From Bdellovibrionales bacterium (GTDB lineage: Bacteria; Bdellovibrionota; Bdellovibrionia; Bdellovibrionales; JAGQZY01): a DNA stretch of 64,000 nt. Below the pieces are notes generated by a model. That model saw nothing but the letters and a program-made list of their open reading frames with translations, was not told where the DNA came from and searched no databases. The DNA is taken from the NCBI GenBank assembly GCA_964230555.1, contig CAXRIX010000066.1, forward strand, positions 903-64,902, given 5' to 3'. Of the stretch, positions 17,600 through 27,045 are shown in pieces. Numbering within the stretch: the stretch's first letter is position 1; every line of letters starts with the position of its first letter. The position numbers and the translations under genes are program-made.

Positions 17600-18847
17600 A
17601 TGGAATTAACGCCTTGCCAAAGTCGAGCACTGGAAACCCTACAGAACGGAGACAATGTCTTTGTGACAGGAGAGGCAGGGACCGGCAAAAGCTTTCTGAT
17701 TCATCGTTATTTATTGAGATACGCTCCAAAAGCCACTTTGCTGGCAAGCACGGGTGCTGCTGCAGTGCTCATTGGAGGTCGGACTTTTCACAGCTTCTTC
17801 GGTCTCGGTATTCTGGAAGGCGGTAAGGAGCGCACGGTCGAAAAGGCTATGAAAAATGGCAAACTTTTGAAGCGACTGCGCGAGGCCTCCGAAATCATTA
17901 TTGATGAGGTCTCGATGCTTCCGGGACTGGTGCTTGATACCGCGGAAGCTATCGCCCGAATGGCTCGCCAATCCGATGAACCCTGGGGCGGTTTGCGTAT
18001 CGTGGCGGTTGGTGACTTTGCGCAATTGCCGCCGGTTGATCGCAGCCAGCAAAAAAGGGATTGGGCCTTCACCCATCCCATATGGCAAAAAACCGATTTT
18101 ATTAATGAATGTTTAAAAACTCCTGTACGATTTGTTGATCAAACTTTTTACTCGGTACTGAATGACATCCGCATGGGTCATTTCGATCAACGAGCTCAGG
18201 AGCTTCTTGAAAGTCGTACGGGCATTGCCGCACCGGCGGATATTACACATCTCTACCCGTGGCGCAAAATGGTGCAGAAGTTTAATGGTGATCGCCTCAG
18301 TGAAATTGACAATCCTACCGAGAAAATCAAGTCGGTTTATAGTGGGCAACAACGGGCGATCGATACATTAAAGCGTCAAGCACCAGTGCCAGAGGTCTTG
18401 GAACTGAAAGAAGAAGCCTATGTCATGCTACAACAAAACGATCCTCGCCAGCGCTGGGTGAATGGAAGTTGTGGGTGGATTCGCGATATCGGTAAAGAAA
18501 AATTGACCATTGAATTGGTGAACGGAAAAACCGTCAAAGTTATGAAGGCTGCATTTTCGGTGGTCGATCCCGATGGGAACACCTTGGCTGAAGTGGTTAA
18601 CTTTCCAGTGCAGCTGGCGTACGCCACCACAATTCATAAATCCCAGGGACAGACTTTTGAGCGAGCCGTGATGCACTTAAAAGGCTTGTGGGAGCCGGGG
18701 CAGGCCTATGTGGCCCTCAGTCGGTTGCGCTCTCTTGATGGCTTGTACCTTATGGATTGGGGGCAAGGCAGTTTTCGAGTCGATCCCGAAGTCTCAAGGT
18801 TTTACAAGCAATTTCAGGAAGTTAGAGAGCTTTCCCCGACATTATAA
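17600..18847 (+). CDS. pif1: Pif1/RecD-family SF1B DNA helicase
   Basis: Walker A VTGEAGTGKSFL, IIIDEVSM, VGDFAQLPPV, ATTIHKSQGQTF, YVALSRLRSLDGL. 415 aa, the size of compact bacterial Pif1 proteins. Confidence 0.85.
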   Translation: MELTPCQSRALETLQNGDNVFVTGEAGTGKSFLIHRYLLRYAPKATLLASTGAAAVLIGGRTFHSFFGLGILEGGKERTVEKAMKNGKLLKRLREASEIIIDEVSMLPGLVLDTAEAIARMARQSDEPWGGLRIVAVGDFAQLPPVDRSQQKRDWAFTHPIWQKTDFINECLKTPVRFVDQTFYSVLNDIRMGHFDQRAQELLESRTGIAAPADITHLYPWRKMVQKFNGDRLSEIDNPTEKIKSVYSGQQRAIDTLKRQAPVPEVLELKEEAYVMLQQNDPRQRWVNGSCGWIRDIGKEKLTIELVNGKTVKVMKAAFSVVDPDGNTLAEVVNFPVQLAYATTIHKSQGQTFERAVMHLKGLWEPGQAYVALSRLRSLDGLYLMDWGQGSFRVDPEVSRFYKQFQEVRELSPTL

Positions 18848-18905
18848 GGACTTGTCTTTGGTCCCCATCTATGTAAAAAAATCCTATAACTTTTAGGAGG
18901 TCCCT

Positions 18906-19940
18906 ATGTCTGAGAATCCAGTAGGTTTAGATGGAATGGAATTTATTGAATACGCTGGTCCCGATGCGAGCTTATTTAAGAAATTGTTTAAAAAAATCGG
19001 CATGACTCCCATTGCAAAACACAAATCGAAGAATGTGACTTTGTTTCGGCAAAACGATGTGAACTTTCTGCTTAATGAAGAGCCAGGTTGTTTCGCAACA
19101 GAATTTGCAAAATCACACGGTCCCAGTGTGGCCTCAACGGGGTTTCGAGTGAAAGACTCGCAAAAAGCTTTTCAAGCGGCCGTTGAGCGTGGTGCGAAGC
19201 CTTTTGAAACTGAAGAATCAAAAACATTACCGTGGCCGACGATTTATGGGATTGGCGACTCGCTGGTTTATTTTATTGATAAGTATGGTGACAAGGGCAA
19301 TCCTTACGACGATCAATTCGATTACACCACAGAGGATATCCACCCGAAGGGTTACGGTTTTCTTTTGATCGATCATATGACCAATAATGTTCCTAAAGGC
19401 GAACTCGACAAATGGGCCAAGTTTTATGAGGACGTTTTCAACTTTCGTGAAATACGATTTTTCGATATCAAAGGAAGTGCCACTGGGCTCCTGTCACGTG
19501 CCATGCGTTCGCCGTGCGGAAAAATCACAATTCCCATCAATGAGCCGACTGATGATAAATCGCAAATACAAGAATATTTGAATGAGTATAAAGGCTCTGG
19601 CATTCAGCACATTGCTTTGTTGACTGATGACATTTGTTCTTCGGTCGCCAGTGTCAAAGAAGGTGGTATCCCAACTTTGGATGTTCCGGATACATATTAT
19701 GAAGTTTTACAGGATCGAGTGCCAAATATAACTGAAGACTTTAATACTTTAAAAACTCTTCGATTGTTGGCCGATGGTGATGAAGAAGGATATCTTCTGC
19801 AAATTTTTTCTGAAAATGTGATTGGGCCTGTATTTTACGAATTCATCCAACGTAAAAATCACTGGGGATTTGGAGAGGGTAACTTTCAAGCTCTTTTCGA
19901 AGCCATTGAAAGAGATCAAAAACGTCGAGGCGTTTTGTAA
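18906..19940 (+). CDS. hppD: 4-hydroxyphenylpyruvate dioxygenase
   Basis: MEFIEYAG, IDHMTNNV, GSGIQHIALLTDDI, FYEFIQRKNHWGFGEGNFQALFEAIE. Confidence 0.9.
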   Translation: MSENPVGLDGMEFIEYAGPDASLFKKLFKKIGMTPIAKHKSKNVTLFRQNDVNFLLNEEPGCFATEFAKSHGPSVASTGFRVKDSQKAFQAAVERGAKPFETEESKTLPWPTIYGIGDSLVYFIDKYGDKGNPYDDQFDYTTEDIHPKGYGFLLIDHMTNNVPKGELDKWAKFYEDVFNFREIRFFDIKGSATGLLSRAMRSPCGKITIPINEPTDDKSQIQEYLNEYKGSGIQHIALLTDDICSSVASVKEGGIPTLDVPDTYYEVLQDRVPNITEDFNTLKTLRLLADGDEEGYLLQIFSENVIGPVFYEFIQRKNHWGFGEGNFQALFEAIERDQKRRGVL

Positions 19941-19943
19941 CCC

Positions 19944-21059
19944 ATGTATCAAATTGGACAAGCGATCAGCCCCGATCAAGCCATGAGATTTGCAATCGAA
20001 ACGGCCAAGATGGGTCGGGGGTTCGTCTCTCCGAATCCGCTGGTTGGTTGTGTGATTGTCGATAAGGATCACAACTTTCTCGCCGCGGGAGCCCACCTTC
20101 GTTACGGTGGGGCGCATGCTGAAATCAACGCCATCCGTTCATTGCAAGATGCCAGCCGAATTCAAGGTGGGACTTTATATGTCACACTGGAACCTTGTTC
20201 GCATCACGGAAAAACGCCTCCTTGCACTGAGGCCATTTTAAAAGCTCAAATTCAAAAAGTCTGTTTTGGAGTGTTGGATCCGAATCCCCAAGTCGCTGGG
20301 CGGGGAGTCGAAAGACTGCGCTCGCAAGGGCTAGAAGTTGAACATTTTAAACGCTATGAAAGGGACTGCTTAGAAATTTGTGAGCAGTTTATTTATCATA
20401 TACAAAATCAAAGGCCCTACGTTGCGATGAAAGTGGGAGCCAGCTTAGATGGAAAGATTGCTCTACAGTCAGGAGAAAGCCAGTGGATCACCGGTGAAGA
20501 GGCTCGTACCCACGGCCGTCAGCTCAGGGCTCATTATGATGCCACTCTGATTGGTGCCGGCACTCTTGAATATGACAATCCAACTTTAGATTTTCGAGGC
20601 ACGGGCTTTGAGGGGCAGAAGAAAAATAAAATCGTTTTGCTGGATCCTAAAGGTAAGGCCGCTGACAGTTTTAAGAGTACAAAAATCTATCAAACTCACG
20701 GACCAAAAAATATTTATGTTTTAACTCGTCCCGACCATGTGGAAAAATGGTCAAAAAACTTAAACCCGGTTGTGCGCTGGGAGGCCACGCCCCAAGGGTG
20801 GGAACAGGCCCTCAAAAATCTTTATCAAAAAGGATTAGCCTCTTTGTATGTTGAGGGAGGATCGTACGTTTTTGGTCAGTTTTTAACTTATCGGTTGATG
20901 CAAAAACTCTATCTTTTTCAATCCTCGAAAATTATGGGGGACGGAGTCAGTTGGACTCGTTATTTCGAAAACAAAACAATGACTGATGTTCCGCAGCTGC
21001 AAAATTGGCAATCGATTCCTTTGGGAGTCGATCGCCTGAATATTGCCTATTGGAAATAA
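19944..21059 (+). CDS. ribD: Bifunctional riboflavin biosynthesis deaminase/reductase
   Basis: Deaminase zinc motifs GGAHAEINAI and LEPCSHHGKTPPC. Reductase half VAMKVGASLDGKIA. Starts 3 nt after the hppD stop. Confidence 0.9.
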   Translation: MYQIGQAISPDQAMRFAIETAKMGRGFVSPNPLVGCVIVDKDHNFLAAGAHLRYGGAHAEINAIRSLQDASRIQGGTLYVTLEPCSHHGKTPPCTEAILKAQIQKVCFGVLDPNPQVAGRGVERLRSQGLEVEHFKRYERDCLEICEQFIYHIQNQRPYVAMKVGASLDGKIALQSGESQWITGEEARTHGRQLRAHYDATLIGAGTLEYDNPTLDFRGTGFEGQKKNKIVLLDPKGKAADSFKSTKIYQTHGPKNIYVLTRPDHVEKWSKNLNPVVRWEATPQGWEQALKNLYQKGLASLYVEGGSYVFGQFLTYRLMQKLYLFQSSKIMGDGVSWTRYFENKTMTDVPQLQNWQSIPLGVDRLNIAYWK

Positions 21060-23128
21060 CTAGGATCAAAGCGACGATTTAAAATACGGTTACGGATTTT
21101 AATCAACTCGTTGAAGACTTCGGGACGATTGGTGAGTCCTTTTTCATAAACTGACTTTTGGTCCTCTTGATTTTCAATCGACATTCGATAGTACACATAG
21201 TCTTCGAAGTGCAGATGGTATATTTCCGTTGCTCGAAAGATCAAGCGAGAAAGAATTCCAGAGCCAACAGCATAAAACAAAGGGTCTTCCTGTAGGGCCA
21301 CCAGTAGGCGCCACTGCTGTTCAAAGTTTTTCTGAGAAGTGTAGGTGAAAATGGCTGGAATGTAATCTTTGATTAAAGCAATGCTTCTGGCATTCGCCTC
21401 CCGTATGCAATTTTGTCTATCAAACTGAGTGGTTGCCTTGTTACAGTCAATCACACTGTTCGCATGGGATTTTTCTGGGATATCGATACTTCCGTAGTCC
21501 CGATCAGTGATTCTATTTCTGGCTTGGTCGTCAAAGACACGATTGAGAAAAACATCGATCACATTTTGAATCTCAAAGTACGTCAAGCGAGTGGCCAACT
21601 GAAGTGCTTCCTTCGAGATGACAAGGTCCATATTGAGATAGACTTCGTCACCAACATAACGAGGCAGTTGGTTCTCGACGAATCCGCGAACACCCGGCCC
21701 AATGACATTGAAGTCTTTGTCTTTCTCAGGTCCATGAACCATACCTGGTAACATCTTGTAAATCCGTCCTGATATTTGGGCGAGATCACTTTCGACAAAT
21801 AGACTGCCTTGTTTAAAGTTGTTGTCGGTTTCTTCATATGAAAAATTCAGTTCTATAAAATCTCGGGTCGAGAAATTTGGGTTCAATTCATATAGGATAT
21901 TGGCCTCACCTCGTCTGTCCTCTTCGTTCCCAAAGGCCAACCAGCCACCGAATGTCTCATCGAAATTGGATGTGGCGATTCGATAAAACTGGTTGTAGTT
22001 GGTTCTGGGATCCACGGTGAGGCTGATATTTTGCTCCACAAAGCTGGTGCGTTCTCCAGTCTTGATCAGGCGAATGTCAATACGCCCACCTCTTGATTCG
22101 TTAGAAAAATTAGTCTGTGACTTCACGATTCTACGGACTCGGGCCTGATCTTCAGGCAAATGGGAGTCGGCCGCAGAAATAGCTTCGGTTTCGGTTAAGT
22201 GCATCGTCAACGTGTCGCGGACGCCAGCATTTCCACCGGTCAATGGCGAGACCACTCGTCCGACATCCATCAATTGCCAATTTCGGTAGTACATAAACTG
22301 ATTGTAAGCTGCGGCGGCCTGCGGATTGCTGAGATCAAATAGGTATTCAATTGCAAAGACGGTTCCTTTGGCCTTGTCTGAGATATCTAAATGGAAGAAA
22401 TTATTTGGGATGATTTTGTCGGCCAATGTATTGAGAACAGGAATGTCAAAAACCTCAAGAGCAAAGCTTCGGTGGAGACCGCCACCAATGTTACGAGTCA
22501 TCTGCTTAAGACTTGAAGCTCGCACATAGACTTTATCTTGTCCGCGTTTATAAATCTCAATCTGGAAATCACCGTAAAAAACCCGTTTGTAGCCGGCGCG
22601 AATACTGGCGAGCCCTAGCTCTTGCGCTGCGCCCGCGTTGGCGGTGATAGCTGTTCGTAGTTGATAACGAAAATAATCTTTGTCGCTGAGAGAGCGAGCC
22701 CGTTCGGCCGTGATGGGCACTCGACGAGCTGTAACCAATTGCTGATTGTCAAAAATATAAGGAGGGTGGTGAAGGATGTTAAAAGCCTCACCTTGGGAAT
22801 CAAATTGGCGAATGAATTCTCCGCTTAGCCCGGTTGTGGTGGAACCACCAACACTAACAACGCCCACCGGAATTTGGTGACCGAGGCGAAATCGAAAAGA
22901 CAAAGGCTCTGACCGAGAATAGGTCTCTCTATCTTCGTTGGGAAACACCCGAATACCACTTTCGCCTCGTAGTGACACGTAGTCGCCCACCCCAAAACTG
23001 AACAGATCGAGATCCAGGCGGACGTCTTGGGTGCGAATTTTCTCCCGTACTCTTTCACCAATGGATTCGGCGTTAGCGAGAGACAGAGTTAAAAATAAAG
23101 AGAAAACCGTTAGGGTCAGAGCTTTCAT
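21047..23128 (-). CDS. Exported protein of unknown function (~693 aa)
   Basis: Signal peptide MKALTLTVFSLFLTLSLANA. No motif I recognise. GAAAGG lies 7 nt upstream of ATG 23128. Third gene of the exported trio. Its 3' end overlaps the ribD 3' end by 13 nt (convergent). Confidence 0.7.
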   Translation of the reverse strand: MKALTLTVFSLFLTLSLANAESIGERVREKIRTQDVRLDLDLFSFGVGDYVSLRGESGIRVFPNEDRETYSRSEPLSFRFRLGHQIPVGVVSVGGSTTTGLSGEFIRQFDSQGEAFNILHHPPYIFDNQQLVTARRVPITAERARSLSDKDYFRYQLRTAITANAGAAQELGLASIRAGYKRVFYGDFQIEIYKRGQDKVYVRASSLKQMTRNIGGGLHRSFALEVFDIPVLNTLADKIIPNNFFHLDISDKAKGTVFAIEYLFDLSNPQAAAAYNQFMYYRNWQLMDVGRVVSPLTGGNAGVRDTLTMHLTETEAISAADSHLPEDQARVRRIVKSQTNFSNESRGGRIDIRLIKTGERTSFVEQNISLTVDPRTNYNQFYRIATSNFDETFGGWLAFGNEEDRRGEANILYELNPNFSTRDFIELNFSYEETDNNFKQGSLFVESDLAQISGRIYKMLPGMVHGPEKDKDFNVIGPGVRGFVENQLPRYVGDEVYLNMDLVISKEALQLATRLTYFEIQNVIDVFLNRVFDDQARNRITDRDYGSIDIPEKSHANSVIDCNKATTQFDRQNCIREANARSIALIKDYIPAIFTYTSQKNFEQQWRLLVALQEDPLFYAVGSGILSRLIFRATEIYHLHFEDYVYYRMSIENQEDQKSVYEKGLTNRPEVFNELIKIRNRILNRRFDPSYFQ

Positions 23129-23191
23129 TATTGAACCTTTCAAGTCTTAAGGCAGTTCACCGATGGGCTCACTGCCTGGCTAGTTAATAAT

Positions 23192-25348
23192 TTAATTATA
23201 GTCTTCAGCCATTCGTTCAGGCTTTGAGCTAAATGTTTCAGGGCGATTGGCTCGATCAACGGGCCAAGTCTCTGAAATAAAATTTCGAATGCGCTGGGAA
23301 TGATAACTGTCGTTGCAAGAGTACAGTGGCGTAAAATCCTGACTGGCGACTTCAGGGTCACCGCCAATCGCAAAGGCCTTGTCGCCCCGTTCTGGATCGT
23401 TAAGGTTTCGCGATTGGGTGGTTAAGCTGACTCCCAAAAGTCTTTGAATATCAATGAAGCGATCCAAGTTCATTCCAGAAGATTCTTTAAATGTTTTTAA
23501 ATCATCCTCTTCATTCATAGTGAACTGATGGACGAAGACTTTGGGCTCGGTAAACGCACATTGGATAGCGTGATCGACTCGTCCCGCTTGAGCTTTATCG
23601 GTAATATAGGCAGAAAGTTCGGCAAGAAACTCCAGTTCTTCCTGCTTTTTGGGTTTCGGGTTGCGGGCAAATAGAACCGGAGCATCATTGTCGTCAAGAA
23701 GCTGGGCCATCCCAAATTCGGGATTTTCTGCCATAAGTTCATAATCAGTTGTGATTTCTCTGACGTACGACTCGTTTCCGTAGATCACTTTGCTATCGAC
23801 AACCACAAGGTTGATATCTTTTTCCCAAACATCAACAACGAGGTTTTTGTAGGGATCCATCCCATCAAACTTTTTGGTAACAATCAGTGAGCCCATAGCT
23901 TTTGGAGCAATGGTAGCGACGCCACCTTCCGACTCATTATTTTCCCAGGGATCACCACTGGTTCCTTGCCAGTGATTGATCATTTTTGCTGGATTTTCGG
24001 TGACCATCTTAAAGAGAGCACGGTAAACCGAACCTTCGGCACCCGGCATTTTAGCAACGGCTTCAGTAAGATTTTGAGTTTGTAAATATTCGATAGCCAC
24101 TTTCAACTCTTCCAATGGGCCCTTCGAGCCTGTCGGTAACCAGTCAGAGCCGAGTGCTAGCATCACACCTTTTTCTACAGCCATTTTGATATCAAGGGTT
24201 TGGCTATAGAGAAGTAAATTTGAAAAAGGCGACCAAATCAGGCCCATTTGCTTGGCGGCCATATCTTCAAGTCCTTGCTCTGAAATACCCACACCGTGAA
24301 CAAAGTTAACACCCTTTTTGTTCATTCCCAGGAGTTTGACGATTTCATATTCTTTTTGGTTGTACGGATCATCGCGTCGGCCTTCGGCAAGGTGGGCAAT
24401 AATCGCAGAACCGTTACCACTGGCGATTTCCTCCGCGTACTGGCGTTTACTAGCGATCGATTTATGGACCCAATAGATATAGCGAATAAATTTATCTGGT
24501 AGTTCTTCTAAAGGGACCTTCTTGGTACAGGCGGCTTCTAGTTTGTCACGATCACGTAGGACATCGATCCCTTCATCAGACAATACGTCGGTGGCGGTGT
24601 AGGGGCGACCGAGCAATTTGTCAGCATGGCAGTATTCATTAATCACTTGCGCCATAGCCTGTTCGTAAGAGGCACCCTGATCAATGATGGGTTTCAAGGT
24701 TTTCCAAACAAAGACCATGTCGTTAGGAATCACCAAATCTGTAGGGGCCTGCACATTGTCTTTTTTTGAGCGCGGAAAGGCGCCACTGCCTTCGACCTGA
24801 TGGATGGCAAAATTATCAACACAGTAGGAGGGGCCTTGCAAATAAGTGGTTCCAACCACCATGGCTTGCAGTTCCGACCAACGGAAGGCAGCACAACTAA
24901 TGGGAGTTCCGTAGCCGATCCATGGATTCATATTATTACTAACCGCCTTTTTGTAATTGCCCCAGGCTCGCCATTCAAAGCGGTTGGCAAACTGCCCGTG
25001 GGCTTCTTTCCAAATTGCCAGGTTGTTTTGTTTGGTGTGATTATGCAGATCAATCAGACCGGGGTAGATAACATCAAATTGGCCAGTGGTGGTGTCTTGT
25101 AGAGAAATAAAAATGCTATCAGACTTATCTTTAAGAGCTCTGATCTTCGCCGTCTCTGTCTCGATGCTTTCGATCATTCCAGTGTCCTGGTTAAGAACAA
25201 CGGCGGCGTGCTCATAGCCCGTTCCATTGGAGTCGTGCCCGACATACTGATCGGCGAGGTCCCCCTCTAAAACAATGAATTTTCCCTGAGCGAGGGTCGC
25301 AAGAATCTGACTTAAAATAAGGATTAATAGTAAAGGCTTCAAACTCAT
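23192..25348 (-). CDS. Exported metal-dependent amidohydrolase (ATZ/TRZ / nucleobase-deaminase-like motif set)
   Basis: Signal peptide MSLKPLLLILILSQILATLAQG. Amidohydrolase motif order: LIDLHNHT (HxH), IIAHLAEG, NFVHGVG, LALGSDW. AAGGAG RBS. Confidence 0.7.
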   Translation of the reverse strand: MSLKPLLLILILSQILATLAQGKFIVLEGDLADQYVGHDSNGTGYEHAAVVLNQDTGMIESIETETAKIRALKDKSDSIFISLQDTTTGQFDVIYPGLIDLHNHTKQNNLAIWKEAHGQFANRFEWRAWGNYKKAVSNNMNPWIGYGTPISCAAFRWSELQAMVVGTTYLQGPSYCVDNFAIHQVEGSGAFPRSKKDNVQAPTDLVIPNDMVFVWKTLKPIIDQGASYEQAMAQVINEYCHADKLLGRPYTATDVLSDEGIDVLRDRDKLEAACTKKVPLEELPDKFIRYIYWVHKSIASKRQYAEEIASGNGSAIIAHLAEGRRDDPYNQKEYEIVKLLGMNKKGVNFVHGVGISEQGLEDMAAKQMGLIWSPFSNLLLYSQTLDIKMAVEKGVMLALGSDWLPTGSKGPLEELKVAIEYLQTQNLTEAVAKMPGAEGSVYRALFKMVTENPAKMINHWQGTSGDPWENNESEGGVATIAPKAMGSLIVTKKFDGMDPYKNLVVDVWEKDINLVVVDSKVIYGNESYVREITTDYELMAENPEFGMAQLLDDNDAPVLFARNPKPKKQEELEFLAELSAYITDKAQAGRVDHAIQCAFTEPKVFVHQFTMNEEDDLKTFKESSGMNLDRFIDIQRLLGVSLTTQSRNLNDPERGDKAFAIGGDPEVASQDFTPLYSCNDSYHSQRIRNFISETWPVDRANRPETFSSKPERMAEDYN

Positions 25349-25358
25349 AATACTCTCC

Positions 25359-26339
25359 TTACCAAGTCTCGTTAATGTGACTCATGAGCTTTTGTAAAAC
25401 ATCAAAACCCACTTCAAGGCGCATGGCGACCTCGAAGGCTTCTTCAGCACCATCGATAGCCCCAGTTTCCGGCAGATCGACGGTTTCAAGTGTCGCCACG
25501 ACCGATTTATAAGTTTCATTTTCTGGATTGGTGAGCGAAGAAAACTTCGCTTTAGCTGTCGACAAATTCTCGGCAGTGATTGAGGTGTCAGCCACATTTT
25601 CAACTGTCGACAGAAAATCATTGAGTTGGGTTTTGTTCGAATCCGTTTCCACGTAAGATAGATAAGGGCGCATTCCTTTGGCAATGGTGCCCATGATAGA
25701 AAGAGTCATTGTTTTCTGTTGAAGTTTAAGTTGCTCTTCGCTTCCTGGATGCGCCACTAAAAGAGCCTTATAACGATCGGCATAATGTTTGATATAGCGC
25801 CAAGTTTTGTTGAATTTTTGGCTGGCTTCGAGTCCGGCTGTTTCTTCTATGGAGCCGATGATAATCGAACTTTTTAAGATGGGTTGAATTGTGGTTTCCA
25901 AAATCTCGGCGGTTGCAACATACTGAGCGAAATATTGAATCACAGCCTTGGTATCAGGATTTTGCAAGTTGGCAGCCGAAACAGTTTGGCCGGCTTCGAT
26001 TGGCAGCCAGTAGTTGGGATTTTCACTGTCCATAAATTTAGAAGTTACACTTTGGGCCTTTTTAAAGGCTGGTAAGGTCGATAGACTGGCAAACTCGGCC
26101 ATGTGGTAATACGGATTGCCTTTGAACGGCAGAAAATCCAACATGTACAAAATCAGCATCCGACTTTGAATAATTTTGTAGCGCAAAGTTTGGCTGGCGA
26201 TATCCTCTTCACTAATCTTCGCCATCGCTTCGGCCCGACCGACACTGGCATCTTTACTGTAAGCGGCAACGGAAATGAGTAAGCTAATGAAAATTAGCGA
26301 CAATCGTTTGGGCCAAAAACTTGCCAAGATGGAACTCAT
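25359..26339 (-). CDS. Exported, apparently helical protein of unknown function
   Basis: Signal peptide-like N-terminus (RLSLIFISLLISVAAYS). AAGGAG lies 5 nt upstream of the ATG. Ends 10 nt upstream of the amidohydrolase gene. Confidence 0.65.
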   Translation of the reverse strand: MSSILASFWPKRLSLIFISLLISVAAYSKDASVGRAEAMAKISEEDIASQTLRYKIIQSRMLILYMLDFLPFKGNPYYHMAEFASLSTLPAFKKAQSVTSKFMDSENPNYWLPIEAGQTVSAANLQNPDTKAVIQYFAQYVATAEILETTIQPILKSSIIIGSIEETAGLEASQKFNKTWRYIKHYADRYKALLVAHPGSEEQLKLQQKTMTLSIMGTIAKGMRPYLSYVETDSNKTQLNDFLSTVENVADTSITAENLSTAKAKFSSLTNPENETYKSVVATLETVDLPETGAIDGAEEAFEVAMRLEVGFDVLQKLMSHINETW

Positions 26340-26538
26340 TCATACTCCTTAAAATTGTTTTGAAACTCAGTTTTGATATGTTCGAAATCTAACACTTTTC
26401 GATGGAATTTCGGTACTTTACTGATTGTTTTGCAAAACTTTCAGGAGTGTAAATTGTTTCTGTAAAAGAACTAAACAGTCAGATCAATGGACGACGAAAT
26501 CTTAACACAAAAACAACCTAAGAAGCTGCTGAGGGGCT

Positions 26539-26919
26539 CTAGGACTGATTCTGCTCCAGTTGATTTTCCCAATAATCAAAAAGGGAAATCAACTTTGGCG
26601 CCAGGTCTTTGCCTTTTTTTGAGAGGACGATTGTGCGCTTTCGACCATCTTCTTGATCCAGCCCGATTCGAACAAGTTTCGATTGTTGCAGAGCCCGTAA
26701 ACAATGGCTTATTTGATGTTTGGGGAGGCTGAGGGTGAGGCCCAACAAAGAGGGGTGGACCGGTTCATTTTTTTCGAAAAAAAGCGCCAGTAAAATAAGG
26801 GCTTCGTTGATATTCACGCTGCAGCTTTTAAGCTCTTTTCGAAGCGGGGTAAAATAGTTTTGATAGTCTTGGTGGGCTTTCACTAAGGAGCTACGGTCCA
26901 TAAACTCTTGGAATTTCAT
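26539..26919 (-). CDS. MarR-like winged-helix transcriptional regulator
   Basis: 126 aa. EALILLALF..LSLPKHQISHCLRALQQSKLVRIGLDQEDGRKRTIVLSKKG fits an HTH plus wing (DxxDxRxxxxxLTxxG pattern). Divergent from bioB. Confidence 0.55.
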   Translation of the reverse strand: MKFQEFMDRSSLVKAHQDYQNYFTPLRKELKSCSVNINEALILLALFFEKNEPVHPSLLGLTLSLPKHQISHCLRALQQSKLVRIGLDQEDGRKRTIVLSKKGKDLAPKLISLFDYWENQLEQNQS

Positions 26920-26954
26920 GGCTTCCTTCTAGCTTACTTTGTTGCTAAAAACAA

Positions 26955-26973
26955 TAGTTGTAGATTGCAACTA
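26955..26973. promoter_or_regulatory. Palindrome TAGTTG-N7-CAACTA in the MarR-like/bioB divergent intergenic region (candidate operator)
   Basis: Read directly: TAGTTG 26955-60 and CAACTA 26968-73. An adjacent TTGTT-N6-AACAA lies at 26939-26954. Confidence 0.35.
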
Positions 26974-27020
26974 AAAGCCAGAGAACACCCTGAAATTATT
27001 GAAGATTACCTTGTCAATTG

Positions 27021-27034
27021 GCCAAGCCCTTGGC
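27021..27034. promoter_or_regulatory. Palindrome GCCAAG-CC-CTTGGC 12 nt upstream of the bioB start
   Basis: Read directly: GCCAAG 27021-26 and CTTGGC 27029-34. Could be an operator or a 5'-UTR hairpin. Confidence 0.3.
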
Positions 27035-27045
27035 AAATACAGGGC

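Noticed and set aside
19941-19943. FMN riboswitch ahead of ribD, and likewise riboswitches or T-box leaders ahead of the bio operon, the pan operon and valS
   Set aside because: ribD starts 3 nt after hppD, so there is no room for a leader. The other leaders are short (50-130 nt) and show none of the conserved riboswitch cores I can recognise.
26908-27045. 46-aa N-terminal extension of BioB (alternative start at 26908 overlapping the MarR-like gene start)
   Set aside because: The extension has no BioB similarity. The sequence from ATG 27046 aligns with canonical BioB N-termini. The extension would also consume the whole divergent promoter region.
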